Source of the DNA: Ruthenibacterium lactatiformans
Lineage (GTDB): Bacteria > Bacillota > Clostridia > Oscillospirales > Ruminococcaceae
Length of the DNA: 64,000 nucleotides
Assembly (NCBI RefSeq): GCF_000949455.1
Contig: NZ_JXXK01000003.1
Span: 70,831 to 134,830, forward strand
Direction of reading: 5' to 3'
Shown here: positions 8,438-17,742 of the stretch, one piece after another
How the letters are laid out: the number at the start of each line of letters is the position of its first letter
How positions within the stretch are numbered: the first letter of the stretch is position 1
Notes under the pieces: model-generated
Database searches by the model: none
Told to the model about the DNA's origin: nothing
Seen by the model: the letters and a program-made list of their open reading frames with translations, nothing else
Program-made: the position numbers and the translations under genes

Positions 8438-10273
8438 ATGAACGAGCAACCCAAACCCAATAAAAAGCCATTCTTTTACTATGCGATGATCGCGATGCTC
8501 ATCCTGATGCTGCTGAACGCGTTTGTGTTCCCCAGCCTGATGACCCCGCGCGTGACGGAAGTAAGCTATGACAAGTTCCTGGACATGCTTTCGGGCGGCC
8601 AGGTGACCGTGGTGGAGCTGCAGGAAAACGAGCGTGAGCTTTATTTCAAAGCTGCAGATGAAAACGGGGCGGAACGGATCTACTCCACGGGCGTGTTCCC
8701 GGACGCGGACCTGCAAAAGCGCCTGTCCGAGAGCGGCGTCACCTTTTCCGCCGTGGCTCCGCAGGAAAACAGCACCCTGATGAATTTCCTGTTCACCTGG
8801 ATCTTCCCCACGCTCATCCTGATCCTTCCCATGGTGCTGTTGTGGCGTATGATGCAAAAGCGCATGGGCGACGGCAGCAATATGATGTCCTTCGGCATGG
8901 GCAAGAGCAACGCCAAGATGTACGTGGCCGCTCAGACGGGCAAGACCTTTGCCGACGTGGCCGGGCAGGAGGAGGCCAAGGAAGCGCTGGAGGAGATCGT
9001 GGATTTCCTGCACAATCCGGATAAATACCGCAGCGTGGGCGCCGTAATGCCCAAGGGCGTTCTGCTTGTCGGCCCTCCGGGCACCGGCAAGACGCTGCTG
9101 GCCAAGGCTGTGGCCGGCGAGGCCAATGTGCCGTTTTTCTCCATCGCGGGCAGCGAGTTTGTGGAGATGTTCGTGGGACAGGGCGCGGCCCGTGTGCGCG
9201 ACCTGTTCAAACAGGCGAAAGAAAAGGCCCCCTGCATCGTGTTCATCGACGAGATCGACACCATCGGCAAAAAGCGTGACGGCAGCGGCATCGCGGGCAA
9301 CGACGAACGCGAGCAGACGCTCAACCAGCTGCTCAGCGAGATGGACGGCTTCGACGGCTCGTCCGGCGTCGTCATTCTGGCGGCAACCAACCGTCCCGAA
9401 ACGCTGGACAAAGCGCTTCTGCGCCCCGGCCGTTTCGACCGCCGTGTGCCCGTCGAACTGCCGGACCTGCAGGGCCGCGAGGCCATTCTGCGTGTCCATG
9501 CCAAGGACGTGATGATGGCCGACGACATTGATTATAAGGCCGTGGCGCGGGCTACCTCCGGCGCGTCCGGCGCAGAGCTTGCCAACCTTATCAACGAAGC
9601 CGCGCTGCGCGCCGTCAAGTGCAACCGCCGCATCGTCACACAGGAAGACCTGACGGAATCCGTAGACGTGGTGGTGGCGGGCTACCAGCGCAAGAACGCA
9701 GTGCTTTCGCCCCATGAAAAAGAGATCGTCGCCTATCACGAAATCGGCCATGCTCTGGTTGCCGCGCTGCAGTCCAATTCCGCGCCCGTGACCAAGATCA
9801 CCATCGTGCCGCGCACCTCGGGTGCGCTGGGCTATACGATGCAGACGCCGGAGGCCGACACGGTGCTGCTCTCCAAGGAAGAGGCGCTGGCGAAGATCGC
9901 CACGCTGACGGGCGGGCGCAGCGCCGAGGAGCTGATCTTCGGCAGCGTCACCAGCGGCGCGTCCAACGACATCGAGCAGGCCACCAAGCTGGCCCGCAGC
10001 ATGGTAACGCGCCTGGGCATGAGCGAAACATTCGATATGACGGCGCTGGAGACCGTGAGCAACCAGTATCTGGGCGGCGACGCAGCCCTGGCGTGCAGTG
10101 CCGAGACCGCCACCAAGATCGACAAAGAGGTGGTGGAGATCATCCGCACAGCCCACGAAAAGGCCATCGGCATTTTGAAAGACAACATGGATAAGCTGCA
10201 CGAGCTTGCCAAATATCTGCTGGAAAAAGAGACCATCACCGGCGATGAATTCATGGCGATCCTGAATCGGTAA
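8438..10273 (+). CDS. ftsH: ATP-dependent zinc metalloprotease FtsH
   Basis: [15 protein letters not shown] start with RBS GAGGAG; N-terminal TM, Walker A GPPGTGKT, Walker [12 protein letters not shown], zinc motif HEIGHA; 611 aa; the long upstream ORF extension (7547-) is unsupported. Confidence 0.9.
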   Translation: MNEQPKPNKKPFFYYAMIAMLILMLLNAFVFPSLMTPRVTEVSYDKFLDMLSGGQVTVVELQENERELYFKAADENGAERIYSTGVFPDADLQKRLSESGVTFSAVAPQENSTLMNFLFTWIFPTLILILPMVLLWRMMQKRMGDGSNMMSFGMGKSNAKMYVAAQTGKTFADVAGQEEAKEALEEIVDFLHNPDKYRSVGAVMPKGVLLVGPPGTGKTLLAKAVAGEANVPFFSIAGSEFVEMFVGQGAARVRDLFKQAKEKAPCIVFIDEIDTIGKKRDGSGIAGNDEREQTLNQLLSEMDGFDGSSGVVILAATNRPETLDKALLRPGRFDRRVPVELPDLQGREAILRVHAKDVMMADDIDYKAVARATSGASGAELANLINEAALRAVKCNRRIVTQEDLTESVDVVVAGYQRKNAVLSPHEKEIVAYHEIGHALVAALQSNSAPVTKITIVPRTSGALGYTMQTPEADTVLLSKEEALAKIATLTGGRSAEELIFGSVTSGASNDIEQATKLARSMVTRLGMSETFDMTALETVSNQYLGGDAALACSAETATKIDKEVVEIIRTAHEKAIGILKDNMDKLHELAKYLLEKETITGDEFMAILNR

Positions 10274-10283
10274 AAAATAAGCG

Positions 10284-10322
10284 GCAGGCCTACGTCCCAT
10301 ATGGGACGTAGGCCTGCCGTAA
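10284..10322 (+). other. 17-bp perfect stem-loop between ftsH and the MATE gene, without U-tract
   Basis: GCGGCAGGCCTACGTCCC-atat-GGGACGTAGGCCTGCCG, immediately followed by the MATE RBS AAGGAG. Confidence 0.4.
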
Positions 10323-10335
10323 GGAGTTTTGCGGC

Positions 10336-11701
10336 ATGAACAGCACTTCGGAACAGCAGGATGCACAGCACCTGCGTATGACGACCGCACCGGTGCCGGG
10401 GCTTATCCTCTCTCTCCGTCCCCAGCATCATCACCTGCATCATCACTTCGGTCTACAACATGGCCGACACGTTCTTTGTGGCGCAGCTGGGCACGGCCGC
10501 CGTAGCAGCGGTGGGCGTTGTGTTTTCCATATCCTCGGTGCTCTCTGCACTGGGCTTCTGGATGGGTACAGGCGGCAGCAGCCTTGTCAGCCTGTATCTG
10601 GGCGCACGGGAAAAGGAAAAGGCGCACTGCGCCGCCAGCACGGGCTTTTTTCTTACTTTGGGGCTGGGCGGCGTGATCGCTGCGGGCGGGCTGCTGGCGC
10701 TGCAGCCGCTGATGCGCCTGCTGGGCAGTACCGATACCATCCTGCCCGAAGCCGAGGCTTACGCCGTTCCCATCCTGCTGGCTGCGCCTTTCCAATGCTC
10801 CAGCCTGGCGCTGGCGCAGTGCCTGCGCGCCGAGGGAAAAAGCAAGGAGAGCATGGCCGGGCAGCTTGCAGGCGGGCTTTTGAACATTGTGCTGGACCCT
10901 CTGTTCATTTACACGCTGGGCATGGGCATCCGGGGTGCGGGCGCGGCCACGGCGCTCAGCCAGGTGATGGTGTGGGCCGCGCTGCTGTGGTTCTATGTGC
11001 GCGGCAAAACATCCGTGCGCATTTCGGTGCGGCAGGTGGCCCGCACCCCGCAGATGGTGAAGCTGATTTTCACCACAGGCTTTCCCAGCCTGTGCCGTCA
11101 CTGCGGCAACGCGCTGGCCACCATCGTGCTCAACCGCGCAGCGGGCGGCTTTGGAGACGCTGCCATCGCCGCGTTCAGCATCGCATCCCGCGTCTCGGGG
11201 CTGGCGCTCTCCGTGTCCATCGGCTTTGTGCAGGGGCTTCAGCCCGTGGCCGGCTACGCCCACGGCAGCAAAGACCACGCGCGGCTGAAAAGCGCGTTCC
11301 GCTTCTGCTGCGCCGCCAGTATGTCCGCTCTGACGGCGCTGGCCGTGATCATTGCCGCAGCCGCGCCATGGATCGTGCGCATGCTCAGCCCCAGCGACGG
11401 CGGCCTTGTGGAAACCGGTGCGGCCGTGCTGCGCGCCACCTGCATCGCACTGCCGTTCACCACGTTCATCAACTGCACGGGCACGCTGTTCCAGGCCATA
11501 CGGGAAAGCGCGCGCAGCAGCGCGCTGGTTCTTGGCAAACAGGTGTGCGTCTACATCCCGCTGCTGCTGGCCCTGCCCCGCGTCTGGGGCATGAACGGCC
11601 TGATGGCCGCAATGCCGCTGGCCGACGCTCTTGGCTTCGTTGCCGCGCTGTGGATGGCCCGCAGCTATTTTGCATATACAGCTACCGTTGCAGAACTATA
11701 A
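10336..11701 (+). pseudogene. MATE family efflux transporter with an apparent +1 frameshift in a (CT)4 tract at 10408-10417 (5' 24 codons in one frame, remaining 413 codons in the next)
   Basis: AAGGAG-N9-ATG at 10336 opens MNSTSEQQDAQHLRMTTAPVPGLILSL; frame +1 continues SVPSIITCIITSVYNMADTFFVAQLG... through 12 TM helices; the joined sequence gives the canonical MATE TM1 (PVPGLILSLSVPSII...SVYNMADTFFV); the downstream frame has no start codon before M at 10460, which would lack TM1. Confidence 0.55.
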
Positions 11702-11718
11702 AAGCTCTTACTAATAAA

Positions 11719-12564
11719 TTAATTATCGTTCATACCAAATTTAAAGCTCAATAACTTTCTCTTATAAAGAGTCTCCAAATCAATAATTTCATTACTCGTC
11801 AACGTTTTGGGTAAAATTTGTAAAATCGAAAACTGAAAATCCTGATACCGCTCCGGATAGCAGCAAATCAATTCTTTCATCAGCTTATTACCGCCATGCA
11901 GAGTAGATACATAGTAGGACCAGCGCCCCAACAAACCGCCTTCCCCGTACGCTGACCCGACATACTGTTTTCCCGTTGTCCGGTCTACAATTAAATAAAT
12001 CGCATTTACGGATGAAAGCGCCGTATGCCATTCGCTGTATACGGATTGGTTCTCTACAATTTCTTTTAGTTCCCTGTAAGATAAAATCAGATTTTCATAT
12101 CCCGAAAAAACCATGTTGGGCGCAGAGGAAATCGACACAATCGGTTTTTCTGTACTCCCTTTTTGATGCCACGCGCGTGCCGCCGTTCCCCAGTCGATGA
12201 CCAATCGATTTTCATACTCTGACAGAGATTCTACCCGCGATAAATCGTAATACTCATTTTCGCCCTGAAACCATTCTTTCCTCGGGAAACCATCCGGCGC
12301 GACATCCGGTGTATCCGGCACGGAATCTCCCACCCTATAACATGCATAGAATTTTGCTTTGGTCCCTTTGTCGCTGATAAATACCGCCCAATAGTCATAT
12401 CCCCGGCTGAAACCCCTTTTTTGCTGCCTGGTATATTCCAAAACCATTTTTTTATTATAACAGGCTTTAAAGCCCGGGTCAGTCAGCGCGTGACGAATCA
12501 GTTTCACCTTGGCAGGATCTAACCCCACTCGGCATAGCACGTCTGAAAAATATAAAATAGCCAT
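11719..12564 (-). CDS. GIY-YIG nuclease family protein with ~180-aa N-terminal domain of unknown function (low-GC, likely horizontally acquired)
   Basis: C-terminal AIYLIVDRTTGKQYVGSAYGEGGLLGRWSYY...ILQILPKT matches the GIY-YIG motif set; start MAILYFSD with RBS GGAGGGG; GC clearly below flanking genes. Confidence 0.6.
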   Translation of the reverse strand: MAILYFSDVLCRVGLDPAKVKLIRHALTDPGFKACYNKKMVLEYTRQQKRGFSRGYDYWAVFISDKGTKAKFYACYRVGDSVPDTPDVAPDGFPRKEWFQGENEYYDLSRVESLSEYENRLVIDWGTAARAWHQKGSTEKPIVSISSAPNMVFSGYENLILSYRELKEIVENQSVYSEWHTALSSVNAIYLIVDRTTGKQYVGSAYGEGGLLGRWSYYVSTLHGGNKLMKELICCYPERYQDFQFSILQILPKTLTSNEIIDLETLYKRKLLSFKFGMNDN

Positions 12565-12643
12565 TTTTCCCCTCCAAAAACCGCCTGTTTTCAGCACAGT
12601 GAAAGCAGGTGGTTTGTTCATTTTATTCGTGCATGCCGCAAAA

Positions 12644-13228
12644 TCATTTCGGCTGTTCCGTCGCAGCCTCTGCCGCGGTTCCCTTCTCCGGCTTCTCCTC
12701 CGCCTGTGCGGCGGCTTCGGCCTGCTCCGTCGCTTCCTCCGCGGCAGCCGCCTGCGCGGCGTCCGCGGCCTCCTCCACCGCCTGCGCGCCGGCGGCCACG
12801 GTCTCCTTTACGCGCTCCAGCAGGTCCTCCGCGCCGTCGCGCAGACGGCCCGCAACGGCGGGAGCCTCCTCAGCCACATATCCGGCAAACGCCGAGCCAG
12901 CGTCCGCCACCGCGTCGCCCGCTTCATACAGCGCGTCTCCGGCGTCGTGCAGCGCCCCTTTCAGCTCCACGGTATCCACGCCCGCTTTCTCGGCAGTGCC
13001 TGTCACCACTTCTTTTACCTTTGCGCCCGCGTCGCTCAGCACGCCGCCCGCCGCGCGGGCAATATCCTCCAGCACGCTGCCCGCGGGTACGTCCTGCGGC
13101 TCGGCCCCGGCGGCTGCCGCCGCAGCGTCGGCCACTTTGTTTTCCTCATATTTTTGGGCCACCTTCAATGCGGCGAAAGCGGCGCCCGCCGTTACGCCAA
13201 GGCCCAGCAAGCCTTTTAAAAATCCCAT
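12644..13228 (-). CDS. YtxH-like (DUF948) Ala/Glu-rich membrane-associated protein
   Basis: N-terminal MGFLKGLLGLGVTAGAAFAAL typical of YtxH family; remainder low-complexity Ala/Glu/Gly-rich; RBS AAGGAG. Confidence 0.5.
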   Translation of the reverse strand: MGFLKGLLGLGVTAGAAFAALKVAQKYEENKVADAAAAAAGAEPQDVPAGSVLEDIARAAGGVLSDAGAKVKEVVTGTAEKAGVDTVELKGALHDAGDALYEAGDAVADAGSAFAGYVAEEAPAVAGRLRDGAEDLLERVKETVAAGAQAVEEAADAAQAAAAEEATEQAEAAAQAEEKPEKGTAAEAATEQPK

Positions 13229-13405
13229 AACTCTACGCTCCTTTACAGCAAAATGGGCAACCGCCCGCCCTGCGTCACCGCCCGGCGGGCTTCCTTGCTT
13301 TCATTATAGATTCCCCGCGCCGGTTTGCCAAGCATTTCGCGGCATGTCACAAAAAGTTTGCAATTCGTTCCCGGTTTGGCCGCAAATGCGCCGTTTCGCG
13401 GCGGC

Positions 13406-13876
13406 TTATGCCTGCGTGCGCTCGATCTCCCGGATGCGCGCAAAGCCTTCGTGTACCATACCGGCTTTGTCCGGCGTCATGCCGTCGCACCAGCCGCTGT
13501 CCACAAATGCCAGTGCCATACGCCCGGCCACCGCGGGGGTCACGACTTTTTCGCCCATGGCCATCACGTTCGCGTTTGTGATGCGCCGCAGCTCGGCGGC
13601 AGTATATTCGCTTTCACAGGCCACGGCGTATACGCCGCGAAACTTGCCGGCCGTCATGCATACGCCGGCGCCGCTTCCGCACATCACAAAACCGCGCTCA
13701 TACGCGCCGCTCTGAATGGCGCGCGCCAAAAGCTCGCCCGCCTCGTAATAGCGCACGGTCTCATCCTCCCGCTGCTGGCCAACGTCCGTAACGTCGTGGC
13801 CCGCCTCCCGCAGCACCTGCTTGACATGCTCTTTCAAACGGAATCCCGACGCATCGGATGCAATGGCGATTTTCAT
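13406..13876 (-). CDS. rpiB: ribose-5-phosphate isomerase B (RpiB/LacAB family)
   Basis: MKIAIASDASGFRLKEHV... 156 aa, conserved catalytic Cys in CGSGAG context; RBS AAAGGAG. Confidence 0.8.
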   Translation of the reverse strand: MKIAIASDASGFRLKEHVKQVLREAGHDVTDVGQQREDETVRYYEAGELLARAIQSGAYERGFVMCGSGAGVCMTAGKFRGVYAVACESEYTAAELRRITNANVMAMGEKVVTPAVAGRMALAFVDSGWCDGMTPDKAGMVHEGFARIREIERTQA

Positions 13877-13942
13877 ACAAAAACTCCTTTCGACGGTGTG
13901 CCGCCGTTTGTTTTCAGCAATTTCGCACAGCCGTGCCGCTTT

Positions 13943-14932
13943 TTATCTTATCTTAAAAAACCGCATGATGCGGTAGCCGATGTAGCGGAACACATCCGCC
14001 ACCAGCCACAGCTCGATGAGCGCGTAATGGGGCAGATTGCGCCACCGGAATTTCGGCTTTTTCACTTTCGGGATGGCCCGGAACGCCTCCCGCGCGCCTT
14101 TGATGTACGGCGTCCAGAATCCCCGCAGCCCGAACACCAGAATTTTGAGCAGATAGCCCAGCGCAAGCGGGATAAAATTCAGAAGGAGCATGCCCAGCGG
14201 CATATTTTTGTAGGGCAGCAGAATGCTGTTGCGCCCGCTCTGCACGCTTTTGAATTCGTTGTACCGCACTGCGCCCGTCGTCGCACCGCAGATGTGGTAG
14301 CACTTGGCCGCCGGGCAATACAGGTTTTTATAACCCAGACTGTTGGCCCGCCAGCTGATGTCCACATCCTCGAAATAAGCAAAAAACAGCTCGTCGAACA
14401 GACCTATCTCATCCAAAATGCTTTTGCGGTACAGGCTGGCCCCTCCGCAGGCGGAAAAAATGCGCCCCGGCTTTGTATAACGCCGCCAGTACATGCCGTC
14501 GCCCCGCTTGCACGCCCACCCGAACAGCGTGACATAATCCCCCGCATCGTCACAGATGTCCCGTTCAAAATGCCGGATCATCAGGCTTTGCACCGCAAAA
14601 GCGCGCGGCTCGGCATCCGCCATGGCAATGAGCTGTGCCAGCCAGTCCGGCTGTGCAAAGGCGTCGTTGTTGAACAGCACCACATATTCGCCTTTTGCCA
14701 GGCCGATGCCCGTGTTCACCGCTGCGGAAAAGCCGGTGTTTGTCTGGTTCTCCACCAGCGTGTAGCCCGGGCGGCCCACATAGCTGCGGGCAATGGCCAG
14801 GCTCTCGTCTGTGGAGCCGTTGTCGATGATGATAAGCTCGAAGTCCTGCTCCGTCTGCGCCCAGATCGATTCAATGGAATCGCGCAGCCAGCCCGCGCCG
14901 TTCAGATTCGGTATTACAATACTTGCTTTCAA
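13943..14932 (-). CDS. family 2 glycosyltransferase
   Basis: MKASIVIPNLNGAGWL...IIIDNGSTDES (GT-A fold, DxD); TTG start at 14930-14932 supported by RBS AAAGGAGA 8 nt upstream. Confidence 0.75.
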   Translation of the reverse strand: MKASIVIPNLNGAGWLRDSIESIWAQTEQDFELIIIDNGSTDESLAIARSYVGRPGYTLVENQTNTGFSAAVNTGIGLAKGEYVVLFNNDAFAQPDWLAQLIAMADAEPRAFAVQSLMIRHFERDICDDAGDYVTLFGWACKRGDGMYWRRYTKPGRIFSACGGASLYRKSILDEIGLFDELFFAYFEDVDISWRANSLGYKNLYCPAAKCYHICGATTGAVRYNEFKSVQSGRNSILLPYKNMPLGMLLLNFIPLALGYLLKILVFGLRGFWTPYIKGAREAFRAIPKVKKPKFRWRNLPHYALIELWLVADVFRYIGYRIMRFFKIR

Positions 14933-15002
14933 AAGCGTGGTCTCCTTTGATGAAACGTGCTATACTGTTGTTGACGCATGTTTTGGGTTGTACACGCGGT
15001 GC

Positions 15003-15185
15003 ACAGCCGCAGCAGCGGCGGGCCTGAGATTATTATAACATGACGCCGCGAAGCGGCCTCGGCAAAACCGCACTTGCTGCGGTTTTGCATGTTTCAATGT
15101 CCCCAGGCCCATGCGCGCCAGCGCATCCGCGTGTGCTGCGCACACGCGCAGCCGCGGCAGCGGCGAGCCTGAGATTATTATGCCA
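15003..15185. repeat. pair of imperfect ~36-bp direct repeats (CAGCCGC[A/G]GCAGCGGCG[G/A]GCCTGAGATTATTAT...) 143 bp apart, enclosing an 11-bp-stem hairpin (GCAAAACCGCA-cttgc-TGCGGTTTTGC)
   Basis: seen directly at 15003-15040 and 15146-15185 in the divergent intergenic region between the GT2 gene and the HAD-IIA gene. Confidence 0.4.
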
Positions 15186-15248
15186 CAAGCGTCACGTTTT
15201 CGCAACGCCGAACTGCGGTTCTATTTTTATAGAAAAGGAGCCTGTCCC

Positions 15249-16028
15249 ATGTACGATGTAACGACCGCGAAGCTGTTCCTGCTGGATATGGACGGCACGT
15301 TTTATCTGGATGATACGCTGCTGCCCGGCGCGCTGGAGTTTCTGGCACTGTGCCGCGCCACCGGACGGCAGTTTGCGTTTTTAACGAACAATTCCTCCAA
15401 AAGCAAGGCAGACTATCTTGCGAAGCTCACGCGCCTGGGCGCGGACGTTACCGAACATGACATTTTCACTTCCGGTGATGCAACGCTGCTGTATTTGGCG
15501 GAAAACGGGTTTTCCAAAGATATCCTGCTCATCGGCACGCCCAGTCTGGAGGCGCAGTTCGCGGCGGAAGGCTACACAGTGCGGGCTGCGAAGCCCCGCG
15601 CCGTGGTGCTGGGCTTCGACACCACCATCACCTATGATAAACTGAGGCTGCTGTGTGACGCTGTGCGCGCCGGCCTGCCCTACATTGCGACACACCCGGA
15701 TTACAACTGCCCGGTCGCAGGAGGCTTTATCCCGGACATCGGTGCGGTGATCGCCTTTGTAAAAGCAAGCACCGGGCGGGACCCGGATGCCGTCATCGGG
15801 AAGCCAAATGCCTACATCGCCCGCGCCGCTGCACACAAATACGGCGTTTCTCTGGAAGACGTATGCATGGTGGGCGACCGCCTTTACACCGATATTGCAC
15901 TGGGCGCCTGCGGCTGCGGCACCGCGCTGGTGCTGTGCGGTGAAACAACGCCGGAGGCGCTGGCCGCAGGCAGCGTCACGCCCGGCGTCGTGTGCGCCGA
16001 TTTGGCCGCGTTGGGCAGACTGCTGTAG
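15249..16028 (+). CDS. HAD-IIA family hydrolase (NagD/UmpH-like sugar-phosphate phosphatase)
   Basis: MYDVTTAKLFLLDMDGTFYLDD (DxDGT), ...FLTNNSS..., ...GKPNAY..., ...MVGDRLYTDI; start ATG 15249 with RBS AAAGGAG; the ORF track upstream extension was rejected. Confidence 0.7.
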   Translation: MYDVTTAKLFLLDMDGTFYLDDTLLPGALEFLALCRATGRQFAFLTNNSSKSKADYLAKLTRLGADVTEHDIFTSGDATLLYLAENGFSKDILLIGTPSLEAQFAAEGYTVRAAKPRAVVLGFDTTITYDKLRLLCDAVRAGLPYIATHPDYNCPVAGGFIPDIGAVIAFVKASTGRDPDAVIGKPNAYIARAAAHKYGVSLEDVCMVGDRLYTDIALGACGCGTALVLCGETTPEALAAGSVTPGVVCADLAALGRLL

Positions 16029-16066
16029 CCGGTGCGGTCCAATATACCACCGGGAGGACTGCTGTC

Positions 16067-17656
16067 ATGGAATACGCGCAGCGCATCGGCGCACGCATCG
16101 CGCGCCTGCGCACGGAAAAGCATCTTACACAGGGACAGCTTGCCCAGGCCGCAGGCGTGCCGCGCGACGCGCTCGCCCGCTGGGAAGCCGGCGGCGGGCT
16201 GCCGGGCAGAGCTGAGCTGACGGCTCTGGCCCGGCCGCTCGGCACGACGGCGGCGGCACTTCTGAACGCGGACGAAGACGAACCGGACGAAGCGCCCGTC
16301 GGCTTCCTTACATTTCCGCGTACCGAGCAGGCATGGCGCGCCCAAGCCCGCTGTATGCGCGGCAGCGGGCCGCGCACGGCCTATGCGCTGGCGGCGCTGT
16401 GCTGTACCGTCTGCGCTGCTTTGAGCCGCGCCTGGCTGTTCGGCTCCGTGCGTATGGCCTGCACCGGCTTTTTTCTGGCCGCGGCTGCATTTTGTCTGTG
16501 GGGCTGTGCGGACGGCCCGCTGCGGCTGCGGCTGCGGGCCGCCTGCAAAGGAGATTTTGCGGCCGTTCAGGCAGCCGTATACCCCACCCACTGCCGCTGG
16601 CATCAAAACGGAGAGCCTTACCGGCTGGAGCACGCCGACTTGATGGGTGCCTGGGAACTGCCCGACGGGTTCGTGCTTCAATGGGAAGGCCCTCCCCTCT
16701 TTGTCCACCATAGCGACGCACAAGCTGTGCGGTATATCCTTTCCCGCTCCTACGGCGTGCCGTACCGCGTCCTCAGGCCCCGGCGGGAGCCGTTTTGGGC
16801 ACTGTGTGCCTGTACGGCGGGCCTGGCAATCTCCCTCTGGCTGAGCGGCGGCGGTCTGCGGCTCCTGCGGCAGAGCTTCGCCCCCTCCGCACCGCTGCCG
16901 GATGCTCCGCAGTCTGCCGCCGTACCGGATTTTTCCAGCACAAACGGCCCTTGCTTTGCCGCCGCGGACGGAGGCGTTTGGTTCACGGCGGGGCACGGCT
17001 CCGCTGTTTCGCCGGAAACGACCCGTGCTCTCTTTACCGGGGCAGGCCGCATTTTGGCCGCTGAAACCGGCTCCAAGGTGCAGGCTGTACTGTATGCGTC
17101 CGGCCCGCTGGATTGCAGTGTCCGTGTCACGCCGGACGAAGGCGTCACATGGTTCGGTCAGTCCCTCACCGCGCTGGACCGTCCTGTCGAATACGCAAAG
17201 CTGGAGTTTCTGACACCGGAGCTGGGCTTTGCAGCGGTGGGCACGCAGCATTCCCCGGGCGGCGGCGAGGAAAAATATGCTTTTTTCACCCATAACGGCG
17301 GGCAAAGCTGGACGGCATTCGGCGTCCTGCCGCACTTCGGCACCTCCCACATCCTCAGCGGTTTTTCCATGACGCCGAACGGCACGGCGTTTCTCACTCT
17401 TGCCACAGGTCCAGAGGAAAACTGGCCCCTGCTCTACTGCAGTGCAGACAGCGGAGTCTCCTGGCAGACGGCGGAGCTGCCCTGGGATGACTGCGCGCTT
17501 GCATACCTGAACCACCTGTCCCGCGCAGAGCAGCGGCCCGAGGGCTTTTATGTTCTTCTGACGCAGCTGCCGTACAGCGGCGGGAACGCCGCCTTTTTCG
17601 CCCCAACGGCGCAAGGGCCGTGGAGCTATGCCGGAGATGCCATCCCAGATGCATGA
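16067..17656 (+). CDS. membrane-anchored XRE-family HTH regulator with extracytoplasmic BNR/Asp-box repeat domain
   Basis: N-terminal HTH_XRE (IGARIARLRTEKHLTQGQLAQAAGV), 2-3 TM segments, C-terminal repeats SxDxGxxW (TPDEGVTWF, THNGGQSWT, SADSGVSWQ); start ATG 16067 with RBS GGGAGGA. Confidence 0.55.
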   Translation: MEYAQRIGARIARLRTEKHLTQGQLAQAAGVPRDALARWEAGGGLPGRAELTALARPLGTTAAALLNADEDEPDEAPVGFLTFPRTEQAWRAQARCMRGSGPRTAYALAALCCTVCAALSRAWLFGSVRMACTGFFLAAAAFCLWGCADGPLRLRLRAACKGDFAAVQAAVYPTHCRWHQNGEPYRLEHADLMGAWELPDGFVLQWEGPPLFVHHSDAQAVRYILSRSYGVPYRVLRPRREPFWALCACTAGLAISLWLSGGGLRLLRQSFAPSAPLPDAPQSAAVPDFSSTNGPCFAAADGGVWFTAGHGSAVSPETTRALFTGAGRILAAETGSKVQAVLYASGPLDCSVRVTPDEGVTWFGQSLTALDRPVEYAKLEFLTPELGFAAVGTQHSPGGGEEKYAFFTHNGGQSWTAFGVLPHFGTSHILSGFSMTPNGTAFLTLATGPEENWPLLYCSADSGVSWQTAELPWDDCALAYLNHLSRAEQRPEGFYVLLTQLPYSGGNAAFFAPTAQGPWSYAGDAIPDA

Positions 17657-17673
17657 TCCACGCCTGCAAAGGG

Positions 17674-17724
17674 ACGGGCCTCGTGCCGGATGCATCAACC
17701 GCATCAGCACGAGGCCCTTTTTTC
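17674..17724 (+). terminator. rho-independent terminator after the XRE/BNR gene
   Basis: GGGCCTCGTGC-N20-GCACGAGGCCC followed by TTTTTTC. Confidence 0.5.
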
Positions 17725-17742
17725 AGGCAATGCTCCCGCCTG

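Noticed and set aside
8369-10390. 673-aa ORF on the minus strand
   Set aside because: Entirely antisense to ftsH, with no RBS and His/Arg/Gly-rich low-complexity translation; typical high-GC antisense frame artifact.
12609-13715. 368-aa Ala/Ser/Pro-rich plus-strand ORF and several overlapping ORFs
   Set aside because: Antisense to the ytxH-like gene, with no RBS; repetitive composition mirrors the Ala/Glu-rich sense strand.
13325-14950. 541-aa plus-strand ORF
   Set aside because: Antisense to rpiB and the GT2 gene, no RBS, Ala/Arg/His-rich nonsense composition.
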